Assembly: GCA_902599495.1 (NCBI GenBank)
Contig: CACKFY010000002.1
Location: 55,760-119,759 of the forward strand
DNA length: 64,000 nt
Direction: 5' to 3'
Origin: an uncultured Pelagibacteraceae bacterium
Lineage (GTDB): Bacteria > Pseudomonadota > Alphaproteobacteria > Pelagibacterales > Pelagibacteraceae
Shown here: positions 21,524 through 32,583 of the stretch, piece by piece
How positions within the stretch are numbered: the first letter of the stretch is position 1
Layout of the letters: each line of letters opens with the position of its first letter
Translations under genes and position numbers: made by a program
Notes under the pieces: model-generated
What the model saw: only the letters and a program-made list of their open reading frames with translations
Databases searched by the model: none
Told to the model about the DNA's origin: nothing

Positions 21524-21814
21524 TTAATTTTTTTTTTTAAGCTTTTCTTTAATATTTCTATAAGTTTGGTCGATAGTTCTATTCTCTTTGCTAAACTCCC
21601 TTAATGTTTTCTTTTTTTTACCCTCATCGCTTATCCCTAAAGATTGACCAATAGTTTTATTTTCTTTACTAAATTCTCTCATCTTATCCATACTTTTTCC
21701 AACAATGTTACATTTAGCTTTGAGTTTAGCCATAAGTCCTTCACACTGATCTTCTGCGTTAACATAATTTATATTAAAAAATACTAAAGATATTATTATA
21801 AAAACATATTTCAT
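21524..21814 (-). CDS. Small secreted hypothetical protein with internal repeat
   Basis: Signal peptide ending VNA; two Cys; REFSKENxTIxQ twice; packed exactly between topA and the RidA gene. Confidence 0.8.
   Translation of the reverse strand: MKYVFIIISLVFFNINYVNAEDQCEGLMAKLKAKCNIVGKSMDKMREFSKENKTIGQSLGISDEGKKKKTLREFSKENRTIDQTYRNIKEKLKKKN
21566..21679 (-). repeat. Intragenic 36-nt imperfect direct repeat, 78-nt period
   Basis: Units 21566-21601 and 21644-21679 encode REFSKENRTIDQ and REFSKENKTIGQ. Confidence 0.8.
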
Positions 21815-24375
21815 TTTTTTTTCCTTTTCTTAGATTTATCATATTCTCTTCTTTTTTCTATTAATATTAATGCTTCTTCCATAGTAATTTCATTTGGATC
21901 TTTATCCTCAGGAATCGTTGCATTTAGTGATTTATATTTAATATATGGCCCATATTGTCCCTTCATTACTTTTACTGGCTTTTTGTCTTCAGGATGTTCA
22001 CCAATATTTTTAATTTCAGATGAAGAAACTCTTCCTGGCTTAGCTTCAGATATTAAGGTTATAGCACGATTAAGACCTATTGAAAAAAGATCCTCAATAG
22101 ATTCTAATCTGGCTGATTTATTTGAACATTTTAAGTAAGGACCGAATCTACCAATATTAATTGTAATATCCTCATTTAACTCAGGGTGTTTTCCAATAAT
22201 TTTTGGTAAAGAACATAAATATTTAGCTTTTTCTAAGTTGACATCCTCTATTGGCAGACCTTTTGGTATAGAAACATTTTTTAAGTTATTTTCCAATTTT
22301 TTCTTTTTACTTTTTCTTTTTTTTATTTCTTTTTCTACTGTAGCCTCTGTTAATTCGTACTGTAAATACGGTCCGAATCTTCCAATTTTTAGAAAAATAT
22401 CCTTTCCGCTTTCATTTTGGCCAATTAGTTTTGGTTCAGCCAAAAATGATTGTTGAGAAGCTTTTGCTTTAGAGAGAGGCCTAGTAAATTTACATTCTGG
22501 GTAATTAGAACAACCAATAAATGCCCCACCTCTAAAACTATTTTTAAGGCTTAAAATACCATTTTTGCAGATTTTACATTTTCTATCAATTTGATCTTTT
22601 TCATTTTTTTCAAAAATTAAGTCCCCAAGACTCTCATTTAATAAATCTAATACTTCTCTAGTTCTAATATCTTTGACGGAACCCACATCATTGTAAAAAT
22701 CTTTCCAAAAAGTCTCTAAAACATTTAAATAATTTGTTTTTCCACTTGTGATTTCATCAAGTTGATTTTCTAAATCTGCAGTAAAATTGTAATCCACATA
22801 CTTAGAAAATAACTTTTCTAAAAATGCTGAAAGTAATTTTCCTCTATCTGTGGGATGAAATCTTTTGTTTAATAGTTCTGTGTAGTTTCTAGTTGATAAA
22901 ACTGATATAATGCTAGCATAAGTAGATGGTCTTCCTATACCTAGTTCCTCCATTTTTTTTACTAAACTAGCTTCTGAATATCTTGGAGGTGGTGATGTAA
23001 AATGTTGTTCATCTATTAATTCTGCTATAGATATTTTCTCACCTAATTTTACCTCAGGAAGAATATTTTTTTCTTCATCGTCATCTTGTAAAGAATAAAC
23101 TTTTAAAAAACCATCGAACTTGATTACTGAACCACTAGAGATAAATTGAATTGTGCTATCATCAGAATTAATTTGAATTGTATTTCTATTAAATTCTGCA
23201 GATTTCATTTGAGAAGCCAAGGCTCTTGACCATATAAGATCATATAATTTAAATTGATCTGAACTAAGATATTTTTTCATTTCGGCTGGTTTTTTCTTTA
23301 TATCAGTTGGTCTAATAGCTTCGTGAGCTTCTTGGGCGTTTTTAGCTTTTTTTCCTTTAAAATTATTTGGGCTCTCAGGTAAATAATTTTTACCAATGTC
23401 ATTTTCAATAAAAGATCTAAAATCTTTAACAGCCTCATTGGAAATATTTGTTCCATCTGTCCTCATATAAGTTATTAATCCAATAGTTTCACCTTCAATT
23501 TCAATTCCTTGGTATAATCTTTGAGCTATTTGCATAGTTCTAGATGCACCAAACCCATACTTTCCAGACGATGTTTGCTGAAGCGTAGAAGTAGTAAATG
23601 GGGCTGATGGGTTTCTTCTTACAATTTTTGAACTTACGTCTTTAATTAGGTATTTATGTTTATTAATTTTTTCAATTACTTCATTAATATCTTTTTTATT
23701 TTTAAAACTGAATCTTTCTACTTTTTTATTATCAATAATATTTAATCTTGAAAATAGAATATCACTTTTTAAATTTTTAAATTTAGCATTAATTGACCAA
23801 TACTCTTCCGGTTTAAAAGACTCAATTTCATGCTCTCTTTGGGTTATTAATTTAAGAGCAACAGACTGGACTCTTCCAGCTGATTTAGAACCGGGAAGCT
23901 TTGTCCACAATATTGGTGAAATATTAAAACCAACTAAATAATCTAATGCTCTTCTAGCCAAGTAAGCTTTCACCAGTGTATCTTCTATTTCTCTTGGATT
24001 ATTTATTCCTTTCAAAACAGCGTTCTTTGTAATTTCATTGAATACCACTCGTTCGAGTTTTTTACCTTTTAAAAGTTTTTTATCATCCAAAACTTGTTTA
24101 ACATGCCATGCAATAGCCTCACCTTCACGATCGGGGTCAGTAGCAAGAATTATTTTATCACTCTCTTTCGCAGCATCAGTTATCTCTTTTAGATATTTTT
24201 TAGAGAAAGAGTCCAGCTCCCACTGCATTTCAAAATTTTTTTCAGGATCTACCGATCCATTTTTTGAAGGTAAATCTCTAATATGACCATAGCTAGCTAA
24301 AACCTTGTATTCAGATCCTAAATATTTGTTAATTGTTTTAGCTTTAGCAGGGCTTTCAACTATAACTAAATTCAT
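21811..24375 (-). CDS. topA: DNA topoisomerase I
   Basis: IVESPAKAKTI, ATDPDREGE, SAGRVQS, ITYMRTD; one Zn finger plus C-terminal GRFGPY repeats. Confidence 0.99.
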   Translation of the reverse strand: MNLVIVESPAKAKTINKYLGSEYKVLASYGHIRDLPSKNGSVDPEKNFEMQWELDSFSKKYLKEITDAAKESDKIILATDPDREGEAIAWHVKQVLDDKKLLKGKKLERVVFNEITKNAVLKGINNPREIEDTLVKAYLARRALDYLVGFNISPILWTKLPGSKSAGRVQSVALKLITQREHEIESFKPEEYWSINAKFKNLKSDILFSRLNIIDNKKVERFSFKNKKDINEVIEKINKHKYLIKDVSSKIVRRNPSAPFTTSTLQQTSSGKYGFGASRTMQIAQRLYQGIEIEGETIGLITYMRTDGTNISNEAVKDFRSFIENDIGKNYLPESPNNFKGKKAKNAQEAHEAIRPTDIKKKPAEMKKYLSSDQFKLYDLIWSRALASQMKSAEFNRNTIQINSDDSTIQFISSGSVIKFDGFLKVYSLQDDDEEKNILPEVKLGEKISIAELIDEQHFTSPPPRYSEASLVKKMEELGIGRPSTYASIISVLSTRNYTELLNKRFHPTDRGKLLSAFLEKLFSKYVDYNFTADLENQLDEITSGKTNYLNVLETFWKDFYNDVGSVKDIRTREVLDLLNESLGDLIFEKNEKDQIDRKCKICKNGILSLKNSFRGGAFIGCSNYPECKFTRPLSKAKASQQSFLAEPKLIGQNESGKDIFLKIGRFGPYLQYELTEATVEKEIKKRKSKKKKLENNLKNVSIPKGLPIEDVNLEKAKYLCSLPKIIGKHPELNEDITINIGRFGPYLKCSNKSARLESIEDLFSIGLNRAITLISEAKPGRVSSSEIKNIGEHPEDKKPVKVMKGQYGPYIKYKSLNATIPEDKDPNEITMEEALILIEKRREYDKSKKRKKK

Positions 24376-24448
24376 ATTAAAGACTTAATTTCAAAATTTA
24401 GTATAAATGTCAAACTTAAATAATTTTTACCCAGAAAAACCTAATAAA

Positions 24449-25024
24449 TTAAAACTTTATTTTAGTTTCTTTTCTATCTTTAATTCTCAAGATATTTTGT
24501 TTGTGGGTATACAATATAATTAAAAAAAATAGAATTAAAAAGATACTTGAAAATTTATCATTAAAAATTGAATTATAAAGTATTAGTGATGATGAAGCCA
24601 ATATAGATGAAAGAGAAGAATATCTAAAAGCAAATAAAACAATTAACCATATAATTCCAAAAATTAAAGCTAACTTAAATGATAATGCTAAAATTATTCC
24701 TACGTAAACCGCCACTCCTTTACCACCTTTAAATTTTAACCAAATAGGAAAAATATGGCCGATAAAACAAATTAAACCTAAAAGGTACACTGAGTTAGGA
24801 AAATAAATAGAAGAAATTTTTACAACAAAATAACCTTTACCAATATCGAGTACTAAAGTTAATAAAGCTAAGATCCTATTGCCAGTTCTCAAAACATTTG
24901 TAGCACCAATGTTTCCAGAACCAATTTTTCTTACGTCCTTTTTTAAAAAAGCTTTAGTTAAAATTAAACCAAAGGGAATAGAGCCTAAAATATAAGAAAA
25001 TAATGATAAAATAATAATTTCCAT
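24449..25024 (-). CDS. plsY: Glycerol-3-phosphate acyltransferase PlsY
   Basis: GSIPFG, GSGNIGATNVLR, GHIFP, FKGGKGVA, HKQNI. Confidence 0.96.
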   Translation of the reverse strand: MEIIILSLFSYILGSIPFGLILTKAFLKKDVRKIGSGNIGATNVLRTGNRILALLTLVLDIGKGYFVVKISSIYFPNSVYLLGLICFIGHIFPIWLKFKGGKGVAVYVGIILALSFKLALIFGIIWLIVLFAFRYSSLSSILASSSLILYNSIFNDKFSSIFLILFFLIILYTHKQNILRIKDRKETKIKF

Positions 25025-25027
25025 TTT

Positions 25028-26314
25028 TTAATTTTTAAATACAAGCTCACCTTTTAAAAAAGTCATTAAAACTTTTCCCTGTAACTTTTTGTCCTCGATA
25101 GCTGTGTTTTTTGACTTAGATTTAAGGTTTCCAGCTTTGACTATCCACGGTTTATTTAAATCAATAATACAAAGATCTGCATCAAACCCTTTTTTTAAAG
25201 TACCTTTTTTTATTTTAAGAATATTAGATGGATTTATTGTTAAACATTCAATAATTTTAGCAAGTGGCAAAGACTCGTTATGATACAATTCTAATGCTAG
25301 AGGCAGAAGAGTTTCTACTCCGATTGCCCCAGTTGCTGCTTGGGCAAAAGGAAGTCTTTTACTTTCCTCATCTTCTGGTGTGTGATCTGAAACAATAACA
25401 TCAATTAATCCATTTTTTATTCCTTCTACTAAAGCCCTTCTATCGTTTTCAAGTCGAAGAGGAGGTGATAATTTTAAAAAAGTCTTAAAGTCCCCTATAT
25501 CGTTCTCATTTAAAGAAATATTGTTAATCGAAACTCCAACACTAAATTTTTTACCATTAGATTTATTTTTTTTTATAACTTCTAAGGAATTTTGGGATGA
25601 AATTTGATTTATATGGTACCTACACGGGAATTCACCTAATAACGCGAGATCTCTCTCTATAATAATTTTTTCTGCGATAGATGAAATTCCACTCAATCCA
25701 AGTCTATTAGACACTTCACCTTCATTTATACACCTGTTTTTTGATAATTCATAATCTTCAGCGTGCTGCATAATTAAAACACCAATATCAGATGCGTAGT
25801 CCATTATTCTGGCCATAGTTTCTGTATTTTGAACTGTTTTGTTTACATCACTAAATCCAATAATTCCTTTTGCCGACAATAAACCAAATTCTGTCATCAG
25901 CTTACCTTCCATTTGTTTTGTGAGAGAAGCACATGGAAAGAGATTAATTTTTGATTTATCTCGTCCACGTCTCATTATAAAATCAACCATGGAGACATTA
26001 TCTATAATAGGCTTTGTGTTAGGCATCGTAACAATAGAAGTTACACCACCTGCAAGAGCTGCTTGGCTTAGGGTCCTAAAATTTTCTTTATATTCAAATC
26101 CTGGTTCCCCAACAAAAGCTTTCATATCAACAATACCAGGTATTACTACATTTTTTTTAACATCAATTACTTCAGCATTTGGAGAGTCTTTTTTAGTTAC
26201 TTTTTTACCAATAGATTTAACTTTTCCATTTTTATCAATAATTATTGAACCCATTTCATCTAATTTTTGGGATGGGTCAACAATTCTAGCGTTTATTATA
26301 ATTTTTTCATTCAT
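25028..26314 (-). CDS. pyrC: Dihydroorotase-like protein (probably inactive PyrC')
   Basis: Amidohydrolase fold motifs (GEPG, MPNTKP, SPPLR, SDHTP) but HxH replaced by DMKAF; adjacent to pyrB. Confidence 0.88.
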   Translation of the reverse strand: MNEKIIINARIVDPSQKLDEMGSIIIDKNGKVKSIGKKVTKKDSPNAEVIDVKKNVVIPGIVDMKAFVGEPGFEYKENFRTLSQAALAGGVTSIVTMPNTKPIIDNVSMVDFIMRRGRDKSKINLFPCASLTKQMEGKLMTEFGLLSAKGIIGFSDVNKTVQNTETMARIMDYASDIGVLIMQHAEDYELSKNRCINEGEVSNRLGLSGISSIAEKIIIERDLALLGEFPCRYHINQISSQNSLEVIKKNKSNGKKFSVGVSINNISLNENDIGDFKTFLKLSPPLRLENDRRALVEGIKNGLIDVIVSDHTPEDEESKRLPFAQAATGAIGVETLLPLALELYHNESLPLAKIIECLTINPSNILKIKKGTLKKGFDADLCIIDLNKPWIVKAGNLKSKSKNTAIEDKKLQGKVLMTFLKGELVFKN

Positions 26315-27255
26315 TTACAATATAATTTTAAACATGCCATTCTAACAGCTACTCCAAGTTCAACCTGTTCTTTAACTAGACTTACATTAATATCATCAGC
26401 TAATTTAGTATCTATTTCTACTCCCCTATTCATAGGACCGGGGTGCATAATAAGAGCATTTTTATTTGCAAATTTTAATTTTTCTGGCGTGAGTCCAAAA
26501 TATTCATAGTATTCTCTTTTTGATGGAAGAAATGATCCTTGCATTCTTTCGTTTTGTAATCTCAACATCATAACAATGTCACAACCATCTAAACCTTTTT
26601 TCATATCTGTAAAAGCTTTAACGCCTAATCGTTCAATAGATTTTGGCATTAAAGTTTTAGGTGCAATAACATTTACTTCTGCTCCAAGCATATTCATTAA
26701 ATAAATATTTGATCTAGCAACCCTAGAATGGAGAATATCTCCACAAATTGCTATCTTGAGACCTTCAATATTACCTTTACGACTAATTATTGTTAAAGCA
26801 TCGAGCAATGCTTGAGTAGGGTGTTCTCTCCTACCATCACCTGCGTTAATTACAGCACAATTAACTTTTTGTGAAAGTAAATTTGGCGCCCCTGAGTCTT
26901 GATGCCTTATTACAATTAAATCTGGATGCATAGCATTTAATGTCATGGCAGTATCAATAAGAGTTTCACCTTTTTTTAAAGCTGAATTACTCATATTCAT
27001 AGTCATAACATCAGCTCCTAATCTTTTGCCAGCCAAGTCAAATGAACTTTGTGTTCTAGTCGATGGTTCAAAAAATAAATTAATTTGAGTTTTGCCTCTT
27101 AATGTGTCTAATTTTTTAGTATTACTTCTATTTAATTTTATGAAGGCCTTTGCTTCGTTAAGAATTTTTTTTGCTTCTAAAATTGATAAATTTTGGATAC
27201 CTAATAAATGTTTGGGTGAGTTTTTAATAGCTGAAATTTTTTTTTCTGCTGCCAT
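26311..27255 (-). CDS. pyrB: Aspartate carbamoyltransferase catalytic subunit (likely start ATG 27255)
   Basis: [36 protein letters not shown]. Confidence 0.97.
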   Translation of the reverse strand: MAAEKKISAIKNSPKHLLGIQNLSILEAKKILNEAKAFIKLNRSNTKKLDTLRGKTQINLFFEPSTRTQSSFDLAGKRLGADVMTMNMSNSALKKGETLIDTAMTLNAMHPDLIVIRHQDSGAPNLLSQKVNCAVINAGDGRREHPTQALLDALTIISRKGNIEGLKIAICGDILHSRVARSNIYLMNMLGAEVNVIAPKTLMPKSIERLGVKAFTDMKKGLDGCDIVMMLRLQNERMQGSFLPSKREYYEYFGLTPEKLKFANKNALIMHPGPMNRGVEIDTKLADDINVSLVKEQVELGVAVRMACLKLYCK

Positions 27256-27290
27256 TAAAATCAACTCTATAGGCCTTTTGTACTATCTTA

Positions 27291-27755
27291 TCAAGTATTA
27301 TTTTTATTTAAATAATCTAAAGCCCCTTGTAATATGAATTGAGCCGCATTTTCGTCTAATTTTTGGACCTTTTTACTTACATTTATATCTAAATTGCTAG
27401 ATAAATTGAAAGCCCCCTCACTTGATAATCTCTCATCCCACATTGTGATATTTTGTGTAACATCTTTTGATAGATTTATAGCTAAATCTTTTGCAGATTG
27501 AGAGGAAGAACCAGATGACCCATCCATATTTATTGGGTTTCCAATCACAATACCTTTAATAGTATTATCATGAACAATTTTCTTTATTTGAGCCAAAAAA
27601 CTAGAATAATCTTTTTTAATTATAGTTGTGTACGGAGTAGCAACTTTTTTATTTTCATCTGAAATAGCTATTCCTATACGCTTTTTTCCAGGATCAATGC
27701 CTATTAGCCTTGATTTTTTGTCTAGTTTTTTCTTAAATTCCTCAATATCCAACAT
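27291..27755 (-). CDS. ruvX: YqgF/RuvX pre-16S rRNA nuclease (Holliday junction resolvase-like)
   Basis: GIDPGKKRIGIAISD, GNPINMDG, WDERLSS, AAQFILQG. Confidence 0.93.
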   Translation of the reverse strand: MLDIEEFKKKLDKKSRLIGIDPGKKRIGIAISDENKKVATPYTTIIKKDYSSFLAQIKKIVHDNTIKGIVIGNPINMDGSSGSSSQSAKDLAINLSKDVTQNITMWDERLSSEGAFNLSSNLDINVSKKVQKLDENAAQFILQGALDYLNKNNT

Positions 27756-27809
27756 TTATTTATTATATTTTATGATATTAATTTCCTATATAAATAACAT
27801 AAATCACAG

Positions 27810-28097
27810 ATGTCCATAGATAAAGATAAAATTAAACATATTAGTAAGTTAGCTAGAATTTCTATAGATTCAAAAAAATCAGACTCATTAGCTAAAGATT
27901 TGACTTCTATATTTAAATTTATAGAGCAATTAAATGAGTTAAATACTGATAAAGTAGAGCCATTATCTTCAATTTTAAACACACCGCTCAGATCAAGAGA
28001 AGATAAAATAAATGATGGAAAAATAAGAGATAAAATTCTTGAAAATTCGCCAAAAAAAAATGAAGAATTTTTTGTTGTTCCAAAGGTAATTGAATAA
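27810..28097 (+). CDS. gatC: Asp/Glu-tRNA amidotransferase subunit C
   Basis: HISKLARI...FFVVPKVIE; precedes gatA. Confidence 0.95.
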   Translation: MSIDKDKIKHISKLARISIDSKKSDSLAKDLTSIFKFIEQLNELNTDKVEPLSSILNTPLRSREDKINDGKIRDKILENSPKKNEEFFVVPKVIE

Positions 28098-29554
28098 TGT
28101 CAGAAATTATAAAAAAAAATTTATCAGAAATAATAGATTTAATAAAAAAAAAAGAGATTAAATCTGAAGAACTTGCCAATCTTTACATAGATAAAGTAAA
28201 TAAAAGCAAAAAACTTAATTCTTTTATAAATACCTGTTTTGAACATACAATTCAAAAATCAAAAGAATTCGATAAAAAACCAAATTTAAACTCTTTACTC
28301 CCAGGAATCCCATTAGCTGTAAAAGATCTATTTTGTACTAATGGATTTAAAACTACTGCTGGTAGTAAAATGCTTGAAAATTTTATACCTCAATATGAGT
28401 CCACTGTTACAGAAAATTTATGGAAAGAGGGAGCAATCTTACTCGGTAAATTGAATTGTGATGAATATGCAATGGGATCATCTAATGAAACAAGTTATTT
28501 TGGAAATGTTATAAATCCGATAGCTAAGGACACAGTTCCTGGAGGATCATCTGGTGGATCTGCATCTGCACTTGCAGCCGATTTAACTCCTGCAACAATA
28601 GGTACGGATACTGGTGGATCAATAAGACAGCCTGCTTCCTTTACTGGAACTGTCGGATTAAAACCCACTTATGGATTGTGTTCGCGTTGGGGGATTGTTG
28701 CATTTGCTTCATCACTTGATCAAGCTGGTCCAATGACTAAATCTGTTAAAGATTGTTCGATCATGTTAGAGGCTATGGCCGGTTTTGATAAAAAAGACTC
28801 TACATCTATAGAAAAGAAAAAAGAAAATTATTCAAAAAATTTGAAAACAGATATTAAAGGTCTCAAAATTGGTATACCTAAGGAATATAGAGTTGAAAAT
28901 ATGCCAAAAGAAATCGACGAATTATGGAACAAGGGAAAAAGTATTTTAAAAGACTTAGGCGCTGACATAATTGATATCTCACTCCCTCATACAAAGTATG
29001 CACTGCCAACATATTATATAGTTGCACCAGCTGAAGCTTCTTCAAACTTGGCTAGATATGATGGAGTAAAGTATGGTTACAGATCATCAAAAGGAAATGA
29101 TTTAATTGAAATGTATGAGAATACAAGATCCGAAGGATTTGGAGATGAGGTAAAGAGAAGAATCTTAATTGGTACTTATGTTTTATCATCAGGGTACTAT
29201 GATGCTTATTATCTTAAAGCTCAAAAAGTTAGACAGCTTATTAAAAAAGATTTTGATGAAAATTTTGGTAAGGTAGATGCTATTTTGACACCCTCAACAC
29301 CAAGTTCTGCATTTAAAATTGGTGAAAAGACTAATGACCCTATTTCTATGTATCTCAATGATATATTTACAGTACCGGTAAATTTAGCTGGTTTACCTGC
29401 AATATCCGTACCAGCAGGCCTAGATAAAAAGGGCTATCCACTAGGTTTGCAGTTAATTGGAAAGACTTTAGATGAGCAAAATATATTGAATGTGGCCTAT
29501 GCTTTTGAAAAAAATTGTAATTTTAAAAATGAAATAAAAAATTGGTGGTTATGA
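28097..29554 (+). CDS. gatA: Asp/Glu-tRNA amidotransferase subunit A
   Basis: Amidase signature [30 protein letters not shown]. Confidence 0.98.
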   Translation: MSEIIKKNLSEIIDLIKKKEIKSEELANLYIDKVNKSKKLNSFINTCFEHTIQKSKEFDKKPNLNSLLPGIPLAVKDLFCTNGFKTTAGSKMLENFIPQYESTVTENLWKEGAILLGKLNCDEYAMGSSNETSYFGNVINPIAKDTVPGGSSGGSASALAADLTPATIGTDTGGSIRQPASFTGTVGLKPTYGLCSRWGIVAFASSLDQAGPMTKSVKDCSIMLEAMAGFDKKDSTSIEKKKENYSKNLKTDIKGLKIGIPKEYRVENMPKEIDELWNKGKSILKDLGADIIDISLPHTKYALPTYYIVAPAEASSNLARYDGVKYGYRSSKGNDLIEMYENTRSEGFGDEVKRRILIGTYVLSSGYYDAYYLKAQKVRQLIKKDFDENFGKVDAILTPSTPSSAFKIGEKTNDPISMYLNDIFTVPVNLAGLPAISVPAGLDKKGYPLGLQLIGKTLDEQNILNVAYAFEKNCNFKNEIKNWWL

Positions 29555-31020
29555 GCAAAGATAAATTTGATTATTTTATAAAAGGAGAGAAAAACAAGTA
29601 TGAGGTAGTAATTGGTTTGGAAGTTCATGCCCAAGTATCTTCAAACTCAAAACTTTTCTCTGGTTCTGCAACTAAATTTGGAGCTGAACCTAATAGCCAA
29701 GTAAGTCTTATAGACTCTGCTTTTCCTGGTATGCTGCCAGTTATAAACAAAGAGTGCATAAACCAAGCTATAAGGACTGGTTTAGGATTAAATGCTAAGA
29801 TTAATAATAATTCTGTTTTTGATAGAAAAAATTATTTTTATGCAGACCTTCCTCAAGGCTATCAGATCTCACAGTATAAAAATCCTATAGTTGGCGAAGG
29901 AAAAGTTTTATTAGATATGCCATATGGTTCAAAAGAGATTGGCATTGAAAGACTTCATCTTGAACAAGATGCAGGTAAAAGTATTCACGATATGGATCCG
30001 TCAAGTACTTATGTCGATTTAAATCGTTCTGGAATTGCGTTAATGGAAATTGTGAGCAAACCAGATCTTCGATCTCCAGAAGAAGTCAATGCTTATATAA
30101 AAAAACTTAGAACTATAATGAGATATCTAGGAACTTGCGACGGTAACATGCAAGAGGGTTCATTAAGAGCTGATGTTAATGTATCGGTAAGACAAGTAGG
30201 AGATAAAAATTATGGAACAAGATGTGAAATAAAAAATGTAAATTCAATAAAATTTATGCAAATGGCAATAGAATACGAGGCCAATAGACAAGTTGAATTA
30301 TTAGATGAAGGGAAAAAGATTGAGCAGGAAACAAGACTTTTTGATACAAAAAAAAATAAGACAAGATCCATGAGATCAAAAGAGGACGCTCATGATTACA
30401 GATATTTTCCAGATCCAGATCTTTTGCCTCTCAAAATTGAACAAAAATTAATAGATGATTTAAAAAAATCTTTACCGGAGTTACCTGATAATAAAAAAGA
30501 AAGATTTATGAGTGATTACGGACTTAATTCATATGAAGCTAATGTGCTAGTTTCTGAAAAAGAAATTTCAAATTACTACGAAGAGGTTGCAAAATTATCT
30601 GACAAAAAGCTTGCCGCAACATGGATGATGGGAGATTTATTTGCAATGTTAAATGACAAAGGACTTAAAATATCTAATTCACCTATCTCTGCTAAAAATT
30701 TCGCTGAATTGGTTCAATCAATAAAGTCAGGGCAAATTTCTGGCAGAATAGCAAAAGAAGTTTTTGAATTAATGGTAGAGAGTGGGGATAATCCTCAAAA
30801 AATTATCGAGTCAAAAGGTATGAAACAGCAAAGTGATCCCAAAGAATTAGAAAAAATTATTAATGAAATATTAACTAAGAACAAAGATAAAGTTGATCAG
30901 TATAAGTCCGGTAAAGAAAAATTATTTGGTTTTTTTGTTGGCCAAGTCATGAAACAATCAGGCGGAAAAGCTAATCCGCAGTTAACAAACGATATCTTAA
31001 AAAAACTTTTAAAAGGCTAA
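29551..31020 (+). CDS. gatB: Asp/Glu-tRNA amidotransferase subunit B (start ATG 29551)
   Basis: [38 protein letters not shown]. Confidence 0.98.
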   Translation: MSKDKFDYFIKGEKNKYEVVIGLEVHAQVSSNSKLFSGSATKFGAEPNSQVSLIDSAFPGMLPVINKECINQAIRTGLGLNAKINNNSVFDRKNYFYADLPQGYQISQYKNPIVGEGKVLLDMPYGSKEIGIERLHLEQDAGKSIHDMDPSSTYVDLNRSGIALMEIVSKPDLRSPEEVNAYIKKLRTIMRYLGTCDGNMQEGSLRADVNVSVRQVGDKNYGTRCEIKNVNSIKFMQMAIEYEANRQVELLDEGKKIEQETRLFDTKKNKTRSMRSKEDAHDYRYFPDPDLLPLKIEQKLIDDLKKSLPELPDNKKERFMSDYGLNSYEANVLVSEKEISNYYEEVAKLSDKKLAATWMMGDLFAMLNDKGLKISNSPISAKNFAELVQSIKSGQISGRIAKEVFELMVESGDNPQKIIESKGMKQQSDPKELEKIINEILTKNKDKVDQYKSGKEKLFGFFVGQVMKQSGGKANPQLTNDILKKLLKG

Positions 31021-31022
31021 TT

Positions 31023-31676
31023 ATGCCTAAAAAATTAGATCTAACTGATAGTCTTGAGAAATATATTATTAATCACTCAGAAACTTTATCTGACGTTCAA
31101 AATGAAATAATTCAGTATAATATAAGTTTAGGAGATCAGCAAAGATTACAAATATCTATATCCCAAGCTCAATTTCTGCAAACATTGATAAAAGTTTCAA
31201 ATGTGAAAAAAATTTTAGAGATTGGAAGTTTTACTGGATTTAGTGCTTTATCTATGGCTATGGCTCTCCCTCCTGATGGAAACTTAATTAGTTTAGATAA
31301 AAATCTTGAATTTAGTAATAAGGCTAAATTTTTTTATGACAAAGCCAAAGAAAAAAGGATTAAACAAATTATCAAACCAGCTATAGAGAGTTTGAAAGAA
31401 TTAAAAGTTACAAAAAAGTTATTTGATTTGATTTTTATTGACGCTGATAAAGAAAATTACCTAAATTATTATGAATCTTGTATGAATTTGATAGATAAAA
31501 AGGGTCTTATAGTTATCGATAATGTATTGTGGCACGGTGAAGTTGCCGACGATGAAAATAACAATAAATTTACAAATATTATCAGGGATTTTAATAATCA
31601 TGTTAAACAAGATAAAAGGATTACAAAAAACATAATTCCTATCGGCGATGGGTTAACTATTTGTATTAAAAAATAA
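31023..31676 (+). CDS. Class I SAM-dependent O-methyltransferase (caffeoyl-CoA OMT / TrmR family)
   Basis: ILEIGSFTGFS, FDLIFIDADKENY, IDNVLWHG, IPIGDGL. Confidence 0.9.
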   Translation: MPKKLDLTDSLEKYIINHSETLSDVQNEIIQYNISLGDQQRLQISISQAQFLQTLIKVSNVKKILEIGSFTGFSALSMAMALPPDGNLISLDKNLEFSNKAKFFYDKAKEKRIKQIIKPAIESLKELKVTKKLFDLIFIDADKENYLNYYESCMNLIDKKGLIVIDNVLWHGEVADDENNNKFTNIIRDFNNHVKQDKRITKNIIPIGDGLTICIKK

Positions 31677-32581
31677 TGTTCACTATTTCTGGATTTTACA
31701 AATTTAAAAAGATTAATTCCTTAAAAAAACACAAAATTTATCTTGAAAAAGAGATATCAAATACCAGTATTAGAGGATCAATTATAATTTCTTCAGAAGG
31801 TATTAACGGATCTCTTGCAGGAAATAGTAAAGATATTCCTAAAATTTTAAAATTAATAAAAAAAAAATTTGAATTCACAGAATTTGATAGTAGCAATATT
31901 TCTACTAGTCGTTTTCAACCATTTCACAAAGCAAAAGTAAAAATAAAAAAAGAAGTTGTGCCACTTGGTTTAAAAATTAAGATTGAAAGCAAAAGACATA
32001 ATAGGTATTTGTCGGGAAAATCTTGGAATAAATTTATAACAAAAAAAGAAACTCTTGTAATTGATGTGAGAAAACCCTTCGAATATAGCGTTGGCACTTT
32101 TAAGAACGCAACGAATCCAAATATACAAAATTTTCGAGATTTTCCTAAATTTTTAAATAATATCGAAAAAAACAAACCTGTTGCGATGTTCTGCACCGGA
32201 GGTATTAGATGTGAAAAGGCATCAATTTTTTTGAAAAAAAAGGGTTTCAAAAACGTATTTCAATTAAAAGGTGGAATACTTAATTATCTCAATGAAACTA
32301 AAAAAAAAGATAGTTTATGGAAAGGTGAATGTTTTGTTTTCGATAATAGAGTTTCTTTAAAGCATAAATTAAAACTAGGAACTTTTTCAATTTGTGGAGG
32401 TTGTCGGAAACCTATATCAACAAAAGATAAGAGATCAAAAAAATATGAAGAGGGCGTTTCTTGTGAAAGGTGTTATGACACACTATCAAGTTTGCAAAAA
32501 TCAAGATTTCGAATGAGGCAAAATCAAATTAATCTTGCCAAAAAAGCAGGAAAGAAGCATAAGTTTCAAAAGGAATATTAA
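31676..32581 (+). CDS. trhO: Rhodanese-domain tRNA uridine(34) hydroxylase (YceA/TrhO family)
   Basis: FYKF, EGINGS, KVKIKKEVV, FCTGGIRCEKAS, LKGGILNY, CFVFDNRV. Confidence 0.9.
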   Translation: MFTISGFYKFKKINSLKKHKIYLEKEISNTSIRGSIIISSEGINGSLAGNSKDIPKILKLIKKKFEFTEFDSSNISTSRFQPFHKAKVKIKKEVVPLGLKIKIESKRHNRYLSGKSWNKFITKKETLVIDVRKPFEYSVGTFKNATNPNIQNFRDFPKFLNNIEKNKPVAMFCTGGIRCEKASIFLKKKGFKNVFQLKGGILNYLNETKKKDSLWKGECFVFDNRVSLKHKLKLGTFSICGGCRKPISTKDKRSKKYEEGVSCERCYDTLSSLQKSRFRMRQNQINLAKKAGKKHKFQKEY

Positions 32582-32583
32582 AT

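Noticed and set aside
25839-26345. 168-aa plus-strand ORF
   Set aside because: Antisense shadow of pyrC'; no motifs, composition typical of reverse-complement codons
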